From Gammaproteobacteria bacterium (GTDB lineage Bacteria > Pseudomonadota > Gammaproteobacteria > Eutrophobiales > Eutrophobiaceae), in contig OZ242169.1 of assembly GCA_965205405.1 (NCBI GenBank), positions 136,896 to 200,895 on the forward strand: a DNA stretch of 64,000 bases, written 5' to 3'. The notes beneath the pieces were generated by a model. It was not told the DNA's origin. It worked only from the letters and a program-made list of their open reading frames with translations, and ran no database searches. A program made the translations under genes and the position numbers. Positions 20,220-30,282 of the stretch are shown in pieces. Position 1 is the first letter of the stretch. The number at the start of each line of letters is the position of its first letter.

Positions 20220-21479
20220 ATGAAGATTGAGAAAGATCCCAGTTGCAGGAATGACTTTGACCCGAAGTCACTGTCGGCTGATGCTGCGCTGGAGCAGATA
20301 AAGTCCGGAGCCGCCCGCATCAAAGGGATTGAAAAAATCGCTATTCGCGAGGCGCTGAACCGGATATTGGCCGAAGATATCCGTTCCCACATAAACGTAC
20401 CTACCGGCACCAACTCCGCCATGGACGGTTACGCGGTCAACAGCGGGGATATTCCTTCCAGCGGCAATGCCGAGTTGCATGTGTCGGGTACTGCCTGGGC
20501 GGGCAAACCCTATGACGGCAAGTTAACCGCCGGAAGCTGCGTGCGCATCATGACCGGGGCGATCATGCCGGAAGGCGCCGATACCGTGATCATCCAGGAA
20601 GACGTGCAGGTCACCGGCTCCGGCATAATCATCGACGGCGCCACCAGGAAAGGCGATAACGTACGCCAGGCAGGTGAAGACATTGCCGCCGGCGACCTCA
20701 TACTGACCAGAGGCAGACGCTTGAATCCTGCAGATATCGGCTTGATTGCCTCGCTCGGCATTGCCGAGGTGTGCGTGGTACGGCGCTTGCGGGTAGCGTT
20801 CTTTTCAACGGGGGATGAATTGCGCTCTATCGGGGAAACCCTGAGTGACGGCGCCATTTATGACAGCAACCGCTATACCTTGTACGGCATGCTGGAACGG
20901 ATGGGCGCCGATATTATTGACATGGGCGTTATAAAAGATGATCGGGATGCCCTGGAAGAGGCTTTTTCCATTGCTGCCGCCAATGCCGACGTCCTGATCA
21001 CTTCGGGCGGCGTATCCGTGGGCGAGGCGGATTACATCAAGGAAATACTGGCTAAACTGGGGAAGGTGGACTTCTGGAAAGTAGCCATCAAACCCGGCCG
21101 ACCGCTTGCATTCGGCCAGGTAGGCAATGCCCTCTTTTTCGGTCTGCCGGGCAATCCCGTTTCCGTGATGGTCACCTTTTACGAATTCGTTCAGCCGGCA
21201 TTACGGAAAATGATCGGGGAAGACGACGCCGGTGTGCTGTCCTTGAAAGCACGCTGTGATTCCAAACTGAAGAAACGCCCGGGCAGGGTTGAATACCAGC
21301 GCGGCATTCTGCAAAGAGACGAGGACGGGGACCTCGTGGTGGTGAAGACCGGCGCCCAGGGTTCCGGCATCCTGCGTTCAATGTCGCAGGCAAACTGTTT
21401 TATCATCCTGCCTATAGCTTCAAGCGGCGTGGAACCGGGAGAATTCGTCGATATACAACCTTTCTCCGGCCTGGTTTGA
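20220..21479 (+). CDS. moeA: Molybdopterin molybdo/tungstotransferase MoeA
   Basis: SAMDGYAV, RIMTGA, STGDEL, TSGGVSVGEADY, KPGRP, GLPGNPVS and QGSG motifs. Confidence 0.96.
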   Translation: MKIEKDPSCRNDFDPKSLSADAALEQIKSGAARIKGIEKIAIREALNRILAEDIRSHINVPTGTNSAMDGYAVNSGDIPSSGNAELHVSGTAWAGKPYDGKLTAGSCVRIMTGAIMPEGADTVIIQEDVQVTGSGIIIDGATRKGDNVRQAGEDIAAGDLILTRGRRLNPADIGLIASLGIAEVCVVRRLRVAFFSTGDELRSIGETLSDGAIYDSNRYTLYGMLERMGADIIDMGVIKDDRDALEEAFSIAAANADVLITSGGVSVGEADYIKEILAKLGKVDFWKVAIKPGRPLAFGQVGNALFFGLPGNPVSVMVTFYEFVQPALRKMIGEDDAGVLSLKARCDSKLKKRPGRVEYQRGILQRDEDGDLVVVKTGAQGSGILRSMSQANCFIILPIASSGVEPGEFVDIQPFSGLV

Positions 21480-21510
21480 CTGGATTCCGGCGCATGCCGC
21501 GATATTTGGG

Positions 21511-21595
21511 ATATTTGGGGTCAGAGTAAAAATACAATCCCTCTGGTATGTGGTGCTGAATTATCGCTAAGTATTTTTACTCTGACCCCAAATAT
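21511..21595. repeat. 85-bp MITE/REPIN-like element (family I): 25-bp TIR ATATTTGGGGTCAGAGTAAAAATAC with a 35-bp core
   Basis: Perfect inverted arms at 21511-21535 and 21571-21595. Confidence 0.9.
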
Positions 21596-21638
21596 GCAGT
21601 GAAATAATACGCCACCTTCGGTGGCACATTTTTAGTTT

Positions 21639-22568
21639 TCACAACTCGATATCCATACCGTCGTAAGACACCTCCCAGCCTGCTGCTTCAACCGTCTTGC
21701 GTTCTGCACTGTTGGCAAACAGGATCGGGTTGGTCGTATTGATATGGATAAAGATTTTTCTTCTTATCCCCAGGTCTTTCAACGCCGCAAGGGTGCCCTG
21801 TTCTCCCGAGACGCTGATATGCCCCATGCGCTGGCCTGTTTTTATCCCCACGCCATCGCGGATCATCTCATCATCCACCCATAAGGTGCCGTCGAAGAAA
21901 ATCAGGTCGGCGCCGCTAATCCTCTCAGCCAGTTCCGGCGTCACCCGGGCGCAGGCAGGCATGTAGTAAAAGGACTTCCCGTTGTTTGTATCTTCGACGT
22001 ACAGGGCAATCGTGTCTTCATCTACTGAGCCGAAATCCTTTCCTTTGCTCTCGTCTTCGAGCCATAGGGCCACCTTGCCCGGTACGGCGAAAGGTGTGAT
22101 CCGTATATCCATGGAACTGCCGTCCGGTTTCAGCAAGTCGAGGGGCTCATTCAACACTATATGCTCCCGGCTGACGAATTTCGGGTTCAACACGTTAAAA
22201 ATTGAATTGGCTTGAAGCACGCCCAGCACTCTTTGCGTAGCATAAATTCGCAAGGGCTGTGATTCGCGCAAATTCAACAGCCCTGCCACGTGGTCCACGT
22301 CGGCATTGGTCAGTACCGCCCCCATAATGGGACTGTGGCGCAGGTCTTTTTTCGGATGCAGGATATCATTATCATTGATTTGCTGACGCAGGTCCGGGGA
22401 AGCATTGAACAGGTACCAATCCTCTCCATCGGCGCTGATAGCAATGGACGACTGAGTCCGCTGCGGCGCAGCCGGGTCATCCAGCCGGGCTCGTCTGCTA
22501 TTCGGATGGTTACAATTCCACTGTGGATAACCGCCGCCCGCGGCAGCGCCTAGTACCCTGATTTGCAT
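21639..22568 (-). CDS. pqqB: PQQ biosynthesis protein PqqB
   Basis: VLGAAAGGGYPQWNCN, RTQSSIA, NASPDLRQQI, LTNADVDHVAGLLNLRE, GQRMGH and FIHINTTNPI motifs. Confidence 0.96.
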   Translation of the reverse strand: MQIRVLGAAAGGGYPQWNCNHPNSRRARLDDPAAPQRTQSSIAISADGEDWYLFNASPDLRQQINDNDILHPKKDLRHSPIMGAVLTNADVDHVAGLLNLRESQPLRIYATQRVLGVLQANSIFNVLNPKFVSREHIVLNEPLDLLKPDGSSMDIRITPFAVPGKVALWLEDESKGKDFGSVDEDTIALYVEDTNNGKSFYYMPACARVTPELAERISGADLIFFDGTLWVDDEMIRDGVGIKTGQRMGHISVSGEQGTLAALKDLGIRRKIFIHINTTNPILFANSAERKTVEAAGWEVSYDGMDIEL

Positions 22569-22612
22569 TGTGCAAACTCCTCTTGATATTCTAAATTTGT
22601 GCTGACAAGTTA

Positions 22613-22717
22613 ATATTTGGGGTCAGAGTAAAATATTTGGGGTCAGAGTAAAAATACTTAACTATGATCCCGCATACCTGACCAAGAGGACTGTATTTTT
22701 ACTCTGACCCCAAATAT
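22613..22717. repeat. Family I element with an extra stuttered left arm
   Basis: Arms at 22633-22657 and 22693-22717 (35-bp core), partial arm at 22613-22632; touches the moaE stop. Confidence 0.9.
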
Positions 22718-23160
22718 TAAGTCGAATAACCTGAGGTATTCCGATCAACCCAGCGTTCTCCGTTTTTGACGGACTCTTTTTTCCAGAACGGCGCTCTGTG
22801 TTTCAAATCCTCGATAATGAAACGGGTCGCGTCCATGGCGTCACCCCGATGGGCTGCCCAGGTAGCGATCAGCACGATGTCATCGCCTATATCAATGTCA
22901 CCGGTACGGTGCAGGACCAGAATATCCAGTACGGGCCATTGTTTTTTTGCTTGCGTGCAGATCTCGTTCAGGTGTTTTTCAGTCATGCCCGGATAATGCT
23001 CCAGGGACATGCTACGGACTTCCTCGCCTTCGTTGTAATCCCGCATCGTGCCGATAAATATACAGTTTGCGCCGGATTTTCCCGGGCTTTCGGGTAACGC
23101 CTGGTAGTCCTTTAGTTCCGTCAGGGCATCGAAAGGCGCCGGTCTTAATTGTATTTGCAT
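22717..23160 (-). CDS. moaE: Molybdopterin synthase catalytic subunit MoaE
   Basis: FIGTMRD, LEHYPGMTEK, LHRTGD, AHRGDA and LKHRAPFWKKE motifs. Start set at MQIQL (23160) because the longer ORF runs into repeat family V. Confidence 0.93.
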   Translation of the reverse strand: MQIQLRPAPFDALTELKDYQALPESPGKSGANCIFIGTMRDYNEGEEVRSMSLEHYPGMTEKHLNEICTQAKKQWPVLDILVLHRTGDIDIGDDIVLIATWAAHRGDAMDATRFIIEDLKHRAPFWKKESVKNGERWVDRNTSGYST

Positions 23161-23192
23161 GATGATTGTCTCAATCGGGTGTTGATGACATG

Positions 23193-23377
23193 CCATCCCT
23201 GGCGCCACTTCAATATCTTCGATAATCCCCAGCCACAACATCCTTGTTGTGGCGTTCGCCGGGACAAATCTGCCTGGAGCAGATTTGGACGCTCAGAGAG
23301 CGCCCGCAGGGTGAGCGCCAAGGAAGGCGCACATCTAACAGACACGTTAAGTGTCTGTTTCTGTTTCCGGCTCACCC
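23193..23377 (-). repeat. Family V multi-hairpin repeat, copy 2
   Basis: Homologous to 17874-18059; begins GGGTGAGCC in the last moaD codons and lies between moaD and moaE. Confidence 0.88.
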
Positions 23378-23605
23378 CCCTGTAACCGGAGGGAAAAACG
23401 CGACTTCATCTCCCTCCAACAATTCGGGGTCGCCTTTTACATGTTCCATGTTGACGGCTACAAGCAGTGCGCTCGGCATTGCCTCGCCCCCGGAGGTTAT
23501 CCGCCAGACGTCCGAAACCCTCAGGCCGGATGTATATTCCACCTGATCCTCTGCGCGCCCCATTTCCTCACGGATACGGGCAAAAAACTTGACTTTTATA
23601 AACAT
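23372..23605 (-). CDS. moaD: Molybdopterin synthase sulfur carrier MoaD
   Basis: 77 aa, VKFFARIRE…VAVN…GDEVAFFPPVTGG. Confidence 0.95.
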   Translation of the reverse strand: MFIKVKFFARIREEMGRAEDQVEYTSGLRVSDVWRITSGGEAMPSALLVAVNMEHVKGDPELLEGDEVAFFPPVTGG

Positions 23606-23707
23606 TGTACTGACCCTTGCGTGTCTACCTGACCGGTTTTGGTGTATTATATGGGAATTCCAGCCCTGCCTGTAAGCATTTTTTTGGAAACCGTATTTTG
23701 GATCCTC

Positions 23708-24181
23708 ATGTCAGAATTAACACATTTCAATGAAACCGGGGAGGCGCAGATGGTTGACGTCGGCGCCAAGGACGCGACCCATCGCGTTGCCGTAGCCGAA
23801 GGGATAATCAGGATGCAGGACAAAACCCTGGCCCTGATCATGGAGGGAGGTCACAAGAAGGGAGACGTGCTGGGAATCGCCAGGGTCGCCGGTATCATGG
23901 CAGCAAAGAAAACCGCGGAACTCATTCCGCTCTGCCATCCACTCGTCATCAGCCATATCGACATCGGTCTTGCGCCCAAGCCTGACCAGGGCGCCGTTTA
24001 CTGTCAGGCCCGGGTAGAGACCATCGGTCCGACCGGCGTTGAAATGGAGGCATTAAATAGCGTCCAGGTTACCCTGCTCACGATCTATGACATGTGCAAA
24101 GCCGTTGACCGGGGCATGAGCATCGAATTTGTCAGACTCCTGAAAAAATCAGGGGGAAAATCCGGCGACTGGGACAGATAA
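23708..24181 (+). CDS. moaC: Cyclic pyranopterin monophosphate synthase MoaC
   Basis: [43 protein letters not shown] and TGVEMEAL motifs; start moved to the ATG at 23708. Confidence 0.96.
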   Translation: MSELTHFNETGEAQMVDVGAKDATHRVAVAEGIIRMQDKTLALIMEGGHKKGDVLGIARVAGIMAAKKTAELIPLCHPLVISHIDIGLAPKPDQGAVYCQARVETIGPTGVEMEALNSVQVTLLTIYDMCKAVDRGMSIEFVRLLKKSGGKSGDWDR

Positions 24182-24210
24182 CTCAGCGGCTTCTGCTAAT
24201 TTCACCCAGA

Positions 24211-24306
24211 GGGTTTTGGGGGTTGTTTGTCCGTGACTAGCGCCAGGGACGAGCGCGGGACGGGCCAGGGATGGCCCTCGGAACGGACAAACAACCCCCA
24301 AAACCC
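24211..24306. repeat. 96-bp element with perfect 24-bp inverted arms and internal GCCAGGGA(T/C)G hairpins
   Basis: GGGTTTTGGGGGTTGTTTGTCCGT (24211-24234) and its exact inverse (24283-24306) between convergent moaC and the dehydratase gene. Confidence 0.85.
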
Positions 24307-24331
24307 GGTTAGCGGGAACTGCTGAAGATGA

Positions 24332-24721
24332 CTAGTTATACTTGATATATTTAAATCTTTGATCGTCCGGCGTGCCGTCCAGTGCGCTGTCGTCTTCCAG
24401 TCCCGGTTGCCACATTAATACTTCTTCAATCTTCTTTGCCAGTTCGAAGTCCTTGTCGGTCACCCCTTTTGCCGCGTGGTTCATCAATTTGACGATGACA
24501 AAAGCATAGCTTGCCGTCAGGTCGGGATGATGCCAGGCCGCCTCGGCCAGGTGGCCGACCGTATTGATTACCATCAGTGTAGCTTTCCAGCCGCTGGTCT
24601 TGTACTTGCGCCGAATCCAGCCGCCTTCGTAATACCAATGCGGCAATTCATCCTTGAGTCGTTGTTCTATCTCGTCCACCTCATAGGGGGCATCTTTTGT
24701 TTCTTTACGCCACTTTGCCAT
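24332..24721 (-). CDS. Pterin-4a-carbinolamine dehydratase (PcbD-like, C1-cluster type)
   Basis: AEAAWHHPDL…KLMNHAAKGVTDKDFELA motif; sits in the methanopterin-type cluster. Confidence 0.88.
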   Translation of the reverse strand: MAKWRKETKDAPYEVDEIEQRLKDELPHWYYEGGWIRRKYKTSGWKATLMVINTVGHLAEAAWHHPDLTASYAFVIVKLMNHAAKGVTDKDFELAKKIEEVLMWQPGLEDDSALDGTPDDQRFKYIKYN

Positions 24722-24763
24722 AGTTTTTCCCCGGTAGTAAATTTGAAAGACTGTTTATTTATA

Positions 24764-25483
24764 TTACACCAAATCGTTCGCCGACATTTGACAGGTTGGG
24801 ATGGGCGTTTCGGGGATCAATTTTCTGATCCCGGCGACTTTCACCCTGTCAATCTGCATATTACGCTTATGTTGTTTACATAATGCACCGCGAAAACCCA
24901 GGTAGTCCGGGTTGACGCGCAGCAAGGGCGGAATATCCTCGCGGGTGAGTGAACCCGCCAGGCCGGTAATGAGCCCTGCCTGCCTGGCGTCAGTGACGAA
25001 TTCCGACAGTGTTTCATCGTCCAACTTCTCCCGCAAGTTTCCGCTGGCCTTCTCACAGGTATCCAGCATCACTCCCGTGATGCCTGTGTGCTTCAGTCGC
25101 TGAAAGTCGATATCAAGGGGAGAGAACTCGGCAAAAAAGACCAGCACAATCCGGATCTGCCTGTCTGTGAGTCTGTTAAAAGCGGACAAGGCAAACGGGG
25201 ATATGGATGTATCAAATACGCCCACCTTGACAATATCGACTCCGCAGGCGTGCATCCTCGTGACGGCGGTCTCCAGTCCGGCGGCATAGCTCGGCAGGTC
25301 GCCGATAGTCGCACTGAGTGTGGTTCTATTGCCTATCAGCGCCGCGATCGAGCGTACGTTATCTTCGTCCAGCGCGCCCAGCGCACCTTTGTTCGGATCT
25401 TTCAAATCTATCACGTCCACCCCCAGGAAGCGGACCTGGCGCGCTTCATCCACAGATGAGACGCTGGCAAGGAAGCCCGTCAT
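24764..25483 (-). CDS. mfnB: (5-formylfuran-3-yl)methyl phosphate synthase MfnB-like (DUF556/Orf22)
   Basis: LASVSSVDEA, DVIDLKDPNKGALGAL, IVKVG, GVMLDT, GLAGSL and DYLGFRGALC motifs. Confidence 0.85.
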   Translation of the reverse strand: MTGFLASVSSVDEARQVRFLGVDVIDLKDPNKGALGALDEDNVRSIAALIGNRTTLSATIGDLPSYAAGLETAVTRMHACGVDIVKVGVFDTSISPFALSAFNRLTDRQIRIVLVFFAEFSPLDIDFQRLKHTGITGVMLDTCEKASGNLREKLDDETLSEFVTDARQAGLITGLAGSLTREDIPPLLRVNPDYLGFRGALCKQHKRNMQIDRVKVAGIRKLIPETPIPTCQMSANDLV

Positions 25484-25504
25484 AGGTTAGTCATCTCATT
25501 TGAA

Positions 25505-26056
25505 CTAAGAGTAATAGTCATCAACCTTTTCCATCAGCCATTGCCAGGCTGTCCGTTCTTTTTCACCGGCGGTCTTTTTGATGGCGATGCCCAGGTATTT
25601 CAGTTCCGAACGTATTTTTTCTTCCGGTAACATGTGCAACCGGCTTACCAGGATAGCCGCTTCGACCACCGCGGCCTGGGCGCGGTTGAAACCATTATAG
25701 GGCCTATGGTCGGCGGCATACACAGGCCGGCAGGTAAAAACCGGGCGCAACTCATCGTCTTCCCGACCCTCTACCCTGACTTCAACGTGGGAAAGAGCGG
25801 CAGCGAGTCGTTTACAAGCAATCCGTGATGCATCCACCACCGGCCATTCATGCCGGCCGGTTAAACACCCGGCAAAGATCATGACATCGGTAGTTGCGTT
25901 AATCACTGCCACACCGGAGTCTACCAGGTTATCCAGGGTCCTTGACGGCTTGAACGGTGCGATAAGGAATTTGTCATTTTCATGACGGATACCCATGGGC
26001 GCGATGTGGGCAGTCCCGTCCGGGTTCATTGTGGTTATGACCGTTTCGTAAATCAT
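25505..26056 (-). CDS. DUF447 family protein (Orf19-like, methanopterin C1 cluster)
   Basis: MIYETVITT…HIAPMG…PFKPSRTLDNL, FNRAQAAVVEAAILVSRL and IAIKKTAG motifs. Confidence 0.85.
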   Translation of the reverse strand: MIYETVITTMNPDGTAHIAPMGIRHENDKFLIAPFKPSRTLDNLVDSGVAVINATTDVMIFAGCLTGRHEWPVVDASRIACKRLAAALSHVEVRVEGREDDELRPVFTCRPVYAADHRPYNGFNRAQAAVVEAAILVSRLHMLPEEKIRSELKYLGIAIKKTAGEKERTAWQWLMEKVDDYYS

Positions 26057-27504
26057 CGGGGCTTGCGTGTCTTTGCCTGTAAGGTTGTGCCTGCGGGCTT
26101 ATAGTCCCCGGTATTTCCACTCTTCAGATTATGCGCGGATTTTGTCCGGCGTTCCAGTTCATCTCCCGCTTCGGGAACGACCGTTACCCCCCAATCCAGT
26201 TCTTCGTCCTGGACGTAACGCTTGCCGAGTTTCAGGGCCGTCTCGGCCTTTGCCAGTTCAACACCCATGTAAAACGCATGAGGGGCATCCTGCTCCAGTA
26301 ATTCCAGTAGCGGGAATAACTCATAGGGTCCCTGCCCGGTAACCAGGCCGTCCCGGTTAAACACATGAATACCCTCAGGCGTTATTTCCACCCTGTAACT
26401 GGGGTCCTTGATCTGTTCGGCCAGTTCCCTGATCTCGTCAAGATTATAGGGAAACGGTTTACGCGAGTGGGTTGCCAGCAAGCCGCCGTCAATGCCCTTG
26501 GGAAGTCCTTCGTCCTGTTTTGCCGCATACATTATCCGTCTGGCCAGATCCAGTTCACGCACCACGGAACAGGCATGGGGGCTGACTTCCGTCGCCAGTA
26601 CATGGTTGATATCAAGCTCCGATATAATTCCGCACAGCATGACATTAATTCCGCTGGTATCCGCCTCAGTCAATTCGGTGAGGTTGCCGGTTCCCATCAT
26701 GATCTCGATGTCGGGATATTTTTCCCTCAAGGCCTGATAGCGGATAATGGAGGCGGTAAATCCGAAGTGGACAGGGTCCAGGATACTATCGGCAATAAAC
26801 GGCTTATCCTGCGCCTTGAAGCTGTCTATCAGCCGGTACAAAGAAGCCATGTCAGTGTGCTGCTCCGGGATCAGGACGGGGATGGCGGCCGTTTCCTGCG
26901 CTATCCAGGCACTGCTTTCATGCAGACTCAGCAGGTAATCAGCGCCCGCTTTAGCGCCGCGCAGCAACTCATCCTGTTCCAGGGAATCGACACTGACCGT
27001 ATAATCGGCGTCATGTAGAGCCTGCACAGCTTCTTCCAGGTGCGGGAAAGGCGTATCCGGCAGGCAGCCTACGTCAATCACGTCGGCGCCGTCTCTTTTG
27101 TATGCGGCTGCCCTGGCGAGGATGGCGTCAATACTGATCAGGGGGGCTTCCACGATCTCGGCAAAAATCCCGACACTGTGTTTGTCCAGGCTGACCGGTT
27201 TGCTGACGCGTCCGAAAAAAACGGGCAAATCCTTTACATCCACAGTGCCGCGCCGGACCGGTATACCCAGTTCCTCACCCAGTGAATCCAGGTTACCCCG
27301 GCACAGACCCGGGACAATGATTCGGTCTACCCCGTCAAGGTTATCCAGCCGTCGTCTAATCATCTGTGCAGTCATTAACGCGGCCACACTGACACCGATA
27401 TTCCTGATTTGATAGCTGAATTCCACCGGTTGCATGGCGTCAAGGACACGTTGCAACCGTTTTTCCGCCAGTTTGCCGGTAAGAAAGAGAATGTGTTCGG
27501 TCAT
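26053..27504 (-). CDS. Dihydropteroate synthase-related protein with N-terminal DUF6513-like domain (Orf20-like)
   Basis: ILFLTGKLAE, VAALMT, GADVIDVGC, VSVDS, DSILDPVHFGF, GNLTELTEAD and HAFYMGVELAKAE motifs. Confidence 0.85.
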   Translation of the reverse strand: MTEHILFLTGKLAEKRLQRVLDAMQPVEFSYQIRNIGVSVAALMTAQMIRRRLDNLDGVDRIIVPGLCRGNLDSLGEELGIPVRRGTVDVKDLPVFFGRVSKPVSLDKHSVGIFAEIVEAPLISIDAILARAAAYKRDGADVIDVGCLPDTPFPHLEEAVQALHDADYTVSVDSLEQDELLRGAKAGADYLLSLHESSAWIAQETAAIPVLIPEQHTDMASLYRLIDSFKAQDKPFIADSILDPVHFGFTASIIRYQALREKYPDIEIMMGTGNLTELTEADTSGINVMLCGIISELDINHVLATEVSPHACSVVRELDLARRIMYAAKQDEGLPKGIDGGLLATHSRKPFPYNLDEIRELAEQIKDPSYRVEITPEGIHVFNRDGLVTGQGPYELFPLLELLEQDAPHAFYMGVELAKAETALKLGKRYVQDEELDWGVTVVPEAGDELERRTKSAHNLKSGNTGDYKPAGTTLQAKTRKPR

Positions 27505-27518
27505 GTATTATGTGATTT

Positions 27519-27818
27519 ATCCGCAGATTACGCAGATTAACATCAATTCAGGACACCCATCAATTCAGGATATCAATTCAGGACATCCATTAATTCAACA
27601 AAGCCAGGGGATATGCAATTTATGGGTGTCCCAAATTATGCCTTAATTCAGGACACCCATTAATTCAGGACACCCATTAATTCAACAAAGCCAGGGGATA
27701 TGCAATTTATGGGTGTCCCAAATTATGTTCCGTGCAATTTATGGGTGTCCCAAATTATGCTTCCCAAATTATGTTCCGTCAATTCCGGCGATTATGTTCC
27801 CCCTGTGGCCTCTGTGGC
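27519..27818. repeat. Stuttered array of AATTCAGGACACCCAT / ATGGGTGTCCCAAATT arms with two duplicated 50-bp units
   Basis: TAATTCAACAAAGCCAGGGGATATGCAATTTATGGGTGTCCCAAATTATG at 27591-27640 and 27678-27727, plus multiple partial arms. Confidence 0.85.
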
Positions 27819-28023
27819 AGAACAAAATATCGGCAGTTGGTTTATATGAACCAGTATGGCTGTCAGATTGCGTGACAAGTACTGTGATTTACTTGGGATT
27901 AATATCCTATAAACCAGATAACTTATTGTTTTATAACGTTCAGATTTATTTATCTCAGATAATTGTCAGGTCTGGCATAATTATCGCTCTATTATTTCAG
28001 AGATGATAAAAAACGAGACATAA

Positions 28024-28761
28024 ATGGGTATTGCAGAACCGTGGAGCAGGCAAGAGTTTGAACAACATTTGCGTGACAAGGAGAAATATTATCATATTCA
28101 TCATCCGTTCCATGTGTTGATGAATTCCGGAAAACTGGAAAAGCCTGCCATAAAGGGTTGGGTGGCCAACCGGTTTTACTACCAGACCAGCATCCCCGTG
28201 AAGGACGCCGCTATCATGGCCAACTGCCGCGATCGCGACGTAAGACGCCAATGGGTACAACGCATTATCGATCATGACGGTCAGCAAGGCGAAGACGGAG
28301 GCATAGAAGCCTGGCTGCAACTGGGTGAGGCCGTGGGTCTGAGCAGGGCTGACCTGCTGTCGGAACAGCACGTACTGCCCGGGGTACGTTTCGCCATAGA
28401 CGCCTATTACAACTTTGCCCGCACGGCCACCTGGCAGGAAGCGGCCTGCTCATCCCTCACTGAATTGTTTGCGCCCAAAATTCACCAGAAGAGATTGGAC
28501 AACTGGCCGCAGCATTACACCTGGATAGACGCCAAAGGCTATAACTATTTCCGCAAAAGACTGAGCGAGGCAAGACGGGACGTTCAACATGGCCTGGACG
28601 TTACACTGGATTATTTCAAGACCCGGGCAGAGCAGGAGCGGGCCTTGAATATACTGCAACTGAAACTGGATATACTCTGGACCATGCTGGACGCCATGTG
28701 GATGGCCTATATCGAAAACAAGCCGCCTTATCACTGTGTTGAGGGATATTTGGGGTCATGA
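28024..28761 (+). CDS. pqqC: Pyrroloquinoline-quinone synthase PqqC
   Basis: [41 protein letters not shown] and SSLTELFAP motifs. Confidence 0.97.
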   Translation: MGIAEPWSRQEFEQHLRDKEKYYHIHHPFHVLMNSGKLEKPAIKGWVANRFYYQTSIPVKDAAIMANCRDRDVRRQWVQRIIDHDGQQGEDGGIEAWLQLGEAVGLSRADLLSEQHVLPGVRFAIDAYYNFARTATWQEAACSSLTELFAPKIHQKRLDNWPQHYTWIDAKGYNYFRKRLSEARRDVQHGLDVTLDYFKTRAEQERALNILQLKLDILWTMLDAMWMAYIENKPPYHCVEGYLGS

Positions 28762-28882
28762 GGGATATTTGGGGTCAGAGTAAGATATTTGGGGTCAGAG
28801 TAAAAATACTCAACAAGAAACAAGCGCCACCTGATAACCTGACTGTATTTTTACTCTGACCCCAAATATCCAACCCCAAATA
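28746..28882. repeat. Family I element with stuttered partial arms on both sides
   Basis: Arms at 28785-28809 and 28845-28869 (35-bp core); partial arms at 28746, 28765 and after 28870. Confidence 0.9.
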
Positions 28883-28892
28883 TCCAAATATA

Positions 28893-29159
28893 ATGAACCA
28901 TATACCTGAAATTGCCCCGACCTTCCGGTTTCAGTGGGAGGAAGTTCAGGATTGCTATGTTATCCTGTACCCGGAAGGCATGGTGAAACTCAGTGGCAGC
29001 GCCGGCGAGATCATGAAACGCTGTGACGGTGAAAAAAATATTGATGACATCATCGCCGAACTCAAAACCGCATTCCCCGGTGTTGAACTGGAGGATGACG
29101 TTCATAACTTTATAGAAAATGCGAGGAATAATGGCTGGATCAGATTCAAATCAAAGTAA
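28893..29159 (+). CDS. pqqD: PqqA-binding chaperone PqqD
   Basis: [36 protein letters not shown] motif; 88 aa between pqqC and pqqE. Confidence 0.95.
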   Translation: MNHIPEIAPTFRFQWEEVQDCYVILYPEGMVKLSGSAGEIMKRCDGEKNIDDIIAELKTAFPGVELEDDVHNFIENARNNGWIRFKSK

Positions 29160-30279
29160 GCCTCTGTGGATGCTGGCCGAGCTGACTTATCGGTGCCCGT
29201 TGCAGTGTCCTTACTGTTCCAACCCCGTGGAAATTGCCAGGTATAAGAATGAGCTTGCCACTGAAGACTGGATCAGGGTCATGCAACAGGCGCGTAAAAT
29301 GGGAGCGACCCAGTTGGGCTTCTCCGGCGGCGAACCCCTGGTGCGCAAAGACCTGGAAGAGTTGATCAGTGAGGCCCGGGGACTTGGTTATTACACCAAC
29401 CTGATCACGTCCGGGGTGGGCATGGACGAGGCCCGGGTAAAAGCTTTCAAGGAGGCAGGCCTGGACCATATCCAGATCAGCTTCCAGGCCAGTAATGAAG
29501 AATTGAACAATTATCTCGGCGGCACTAAAAGTTTCAAGCACAAACAGGAGATGGCCAGGGTGGTGAAGGCGTTTGAATACCCCATGGTGCTGAATATCGT
29601 GCTGCATCGGAAGAACGTCGACCAGATACGGGATATTCTGGATATGACCGTGGAGTTGAACGCCGATTATGTGGAACTGGCCAGCACTCAGTACTACGGC
29701 TGGTCCCGGGTCAATATTGATCAGTTATTGCCGACCAGGGAGCAACTCGCCAGGGCGGAAATCGTAGCAAAGGAATACCAGGAAAAGATGAAGGGCAAGA
29801 TGAAAATCATCTATGTCATCCCGGATTACTTCGAGAACCGGCCCAAAGCCTGTATGAACGGCTGGGGCTCGATCTTCCTGACTATTGCTCCTGACGGCAG
29901 CGCCCTTCCCTGCCACGCCGCCGCCCAGTTGCCCGGACTGGAATTTCCCAATGTGAGAGATCACAGTATTGAACATATCTGGAATGACTCCGATGCCTTT
30001 AATAAATTCCGCGGGTTCGACTGGATGCAGGAGCCCTGCAGAAGCTGCCCGGAAAAGGAAAAAGACTTCGGCGGCTGCCGCTGCCAGGCTTATATGCTGA
30101 CCGGGGACGCTACCAATGCCGATCCGGTCTGTGATAAATCCACCCACCATGGGCAATTACACGCCGACGTGGAACGCATAGGCCGGCTATCCGGCACGAA
30201 AGAATTCGAAAGCAAACCCCTGATATTCCGTAACATGAAAAACTCCAAGGAGATCCTGAGAGGCGGCGTTACGGCCTGA
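29131..30279 (+). CDS. pqqE: PqqA peptide cyclase PqqE (radical SAM/SPASM)
   Basis: [37 protein letters not shown] and DFGGCRCQA motifs; start set at the ATG at 29131 (GAGGA RBS). Confidence 0.97.
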   Translation: MAGSDSNQSKPLWMLAELTYRCPLQCPYCSNPVEIARYKNELATEDWIRVMQQARKMGATQLGFSGGEPLVRKDLEELISEARGLGYYTNLITSGVGMDEARVKAFKEAGLDHIQISFQASNEELNNYLGGTKSFKHKQEMARVVKAFEYPMVLNIVLHRKNVDQIRDILDMTVELNADYVELASTQYYGWSRVNIDQLLPTREQLARAEIVAKEYQEKMKGKMKIIYVIPDYFENRPKACMNGWGSIFLTIAPDGSALPCHAAAQLPGLEFPNVRDHSIEHIWNDSDAFNKFRGFDWMQEPCRSCPEKEKDFGGCRCQAYMLTGDATNADPVCDKSTHHGQLHADVERIGRLSGTKEFESKPLIFRNMKNSKEILRGGVTA

Positions 30280-30282
30280 ACA

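Noticed and set aside
23161-23241. N-terminal extension of MoaE in the ORF track
   Set aside because: It is read-through of repeat family V; the recognisable protein starts at 23160.
27541-27780. Stuttered repeats as a mini-CRISPR array
   Set aside because: The units are duplicated identically with no unique spacers, and the arms occur in both orientations.
22569-28023. pqqA precursor ORF upstream of pqqB or pqqC
   Set aside because: By-eye reading of the intergenic stretches found no short ORF with the ExxxY core.
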